From positions 1 through 52,120 of the IMG/VR virus record IMGVR_UViG_3300006120_000030: a DNA stretch of 52,120 bases. One strand, given 5' to 3'. A model generated the notes under the pieces. The model was given only the letters and a program-made list of their open reading frames with translations. It ran no database searches and was not told where the DNA came from. The stretch comes from a virus. Its lineage: Duplodnaviria > Caudoviricetes. Below are positions 51,456 to 52,120 of this stretch, one piece after another. Positions within the stretch are counted from its first letter, which is position 1; every line of letters begins with the position of its first letter. The translations under genes were made by a program, and so were the position numbers.

Positions 51456-52120
51456 ATGCCCCTTGGACCGACCGGAGTACTGTACGACGTAAACGGAAAC
51501 CCAGTAGGGACAGCAACCAACCCGCTGCAGACTTCTGTAAGCGGCACGGTCACTGTCTCTGGGTCGATCTCTGCTACTAACCCATCTGTGTCGGGAACGG
51601 GAACATCAGTTCCGTCCTCTGCGACTTTTGTGGGAGGCACAGACGGAACGTTGCTAAGAGCCATCAAGACAGACGTCTCTGGCAACCTAATCACTGTCGG
51701 CAGCGGCACAGCAGGAAGTCCTCTGGGCGGTGTTCTAACAATCCAGGGAATATTGGGCGGACAACCCATCCCAATCACTGGCTCGATTTCTTCTGTGTCA
51801 ACCAATCCGTCCGTGGGCCTACCCGGAGCGACGGCCCCGTCTTCTGCGAGTTACATCGCCGGCACCGACGGCACGTTCATGCGTGGTCTCCGAACTGACG
51901 TCTCTGGAAACATCAGCATCACGACGCAGGTGGTATCTGGTTCGTGGCCCGAAGTCAAGCTGAACGACAGCAATTCCAACGTCATCCGAGCGACAGTATC
52001 AGAGGAGCTCAAGGTCGCTCAGCTCTACACGCTCGCGGACCTCACCAACAAGTACGAGCTAGACACGAGGCTCTGGGACTACCAGACCTCCTCTGGCGGC
52101 GCAGTGGCTCACGTTCCTCT
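51456..52120 (+). CDS. putative fibre protein, runs off the window end (not in ORF track)
   Basis: MPLGPTGVLYDVNGNPVG...; ATNPSV and GTDGT..R..TD.SG repeats; no stop seen. Confidence 0.65.
   Translation, partial: MPLGPTGVLYDVNGNPVGTATNPLQTSVSGTVTVSGSISATNPSVSGTGTSVPSSATFVGGTDGTLLRAIKTDVSGNLITVGSGTAGSPLGGVLTIQGILGGQPIPITGSISSVSTNPSVGLPGATAPSSASYIAGTDGTFMRGLRTDVSGNISITTQVVSGSWPEVKLNDSNSNVIRATVSEELKVAQLYTLADLTNKYELDTRLWDYQTSSGGAVAHVP

Overview
A 52-kb, almost entirely plus-strand, high-GC segment that looks like part of a large (jumbo-type) tailed phage genome. It holds (i) an ~8.4-kb array (4772-13164) of about 45 tRNA genes covering all 20 amino acids, interrupted by five HNH endonuclease ORFs and by several tRNA-shaped RNAs that are not canonical tRNAs: a YrlA-like permuted element, an element resembling only the tRNA-like domain of tmRNA, a Leu-type permuted element and two with large inserts; (ii) a long accessory region of small genes, many behind a repeated GTGCAAAGT...TGATAGAGT promoter that starts exactly 36 nt upstream of the start codon (probably leaderless); (iii) a dispersed RNA/tRNA repair toolkit (Rnl2-type ligase, RtcB, cyclic-phosphate receiver domain, HAD, metallophosphoesterase, phosphatase, NTase); (iv) small proteins ending in fragments resembling the T4-type major capsid (Gol-peptide region) and the tail-sheath C-terminus, possible immune decoys; (v) an endolysin plus SGNH esterase pair, a deaminase, a sigma-70-like factor whose -35 HTH may be encoded separately, and an ATP-dependent DNA ligase; (vi) the start of a virion structural/fibre gene block. 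All family calls come from motif recognition by eye; no searches were run.
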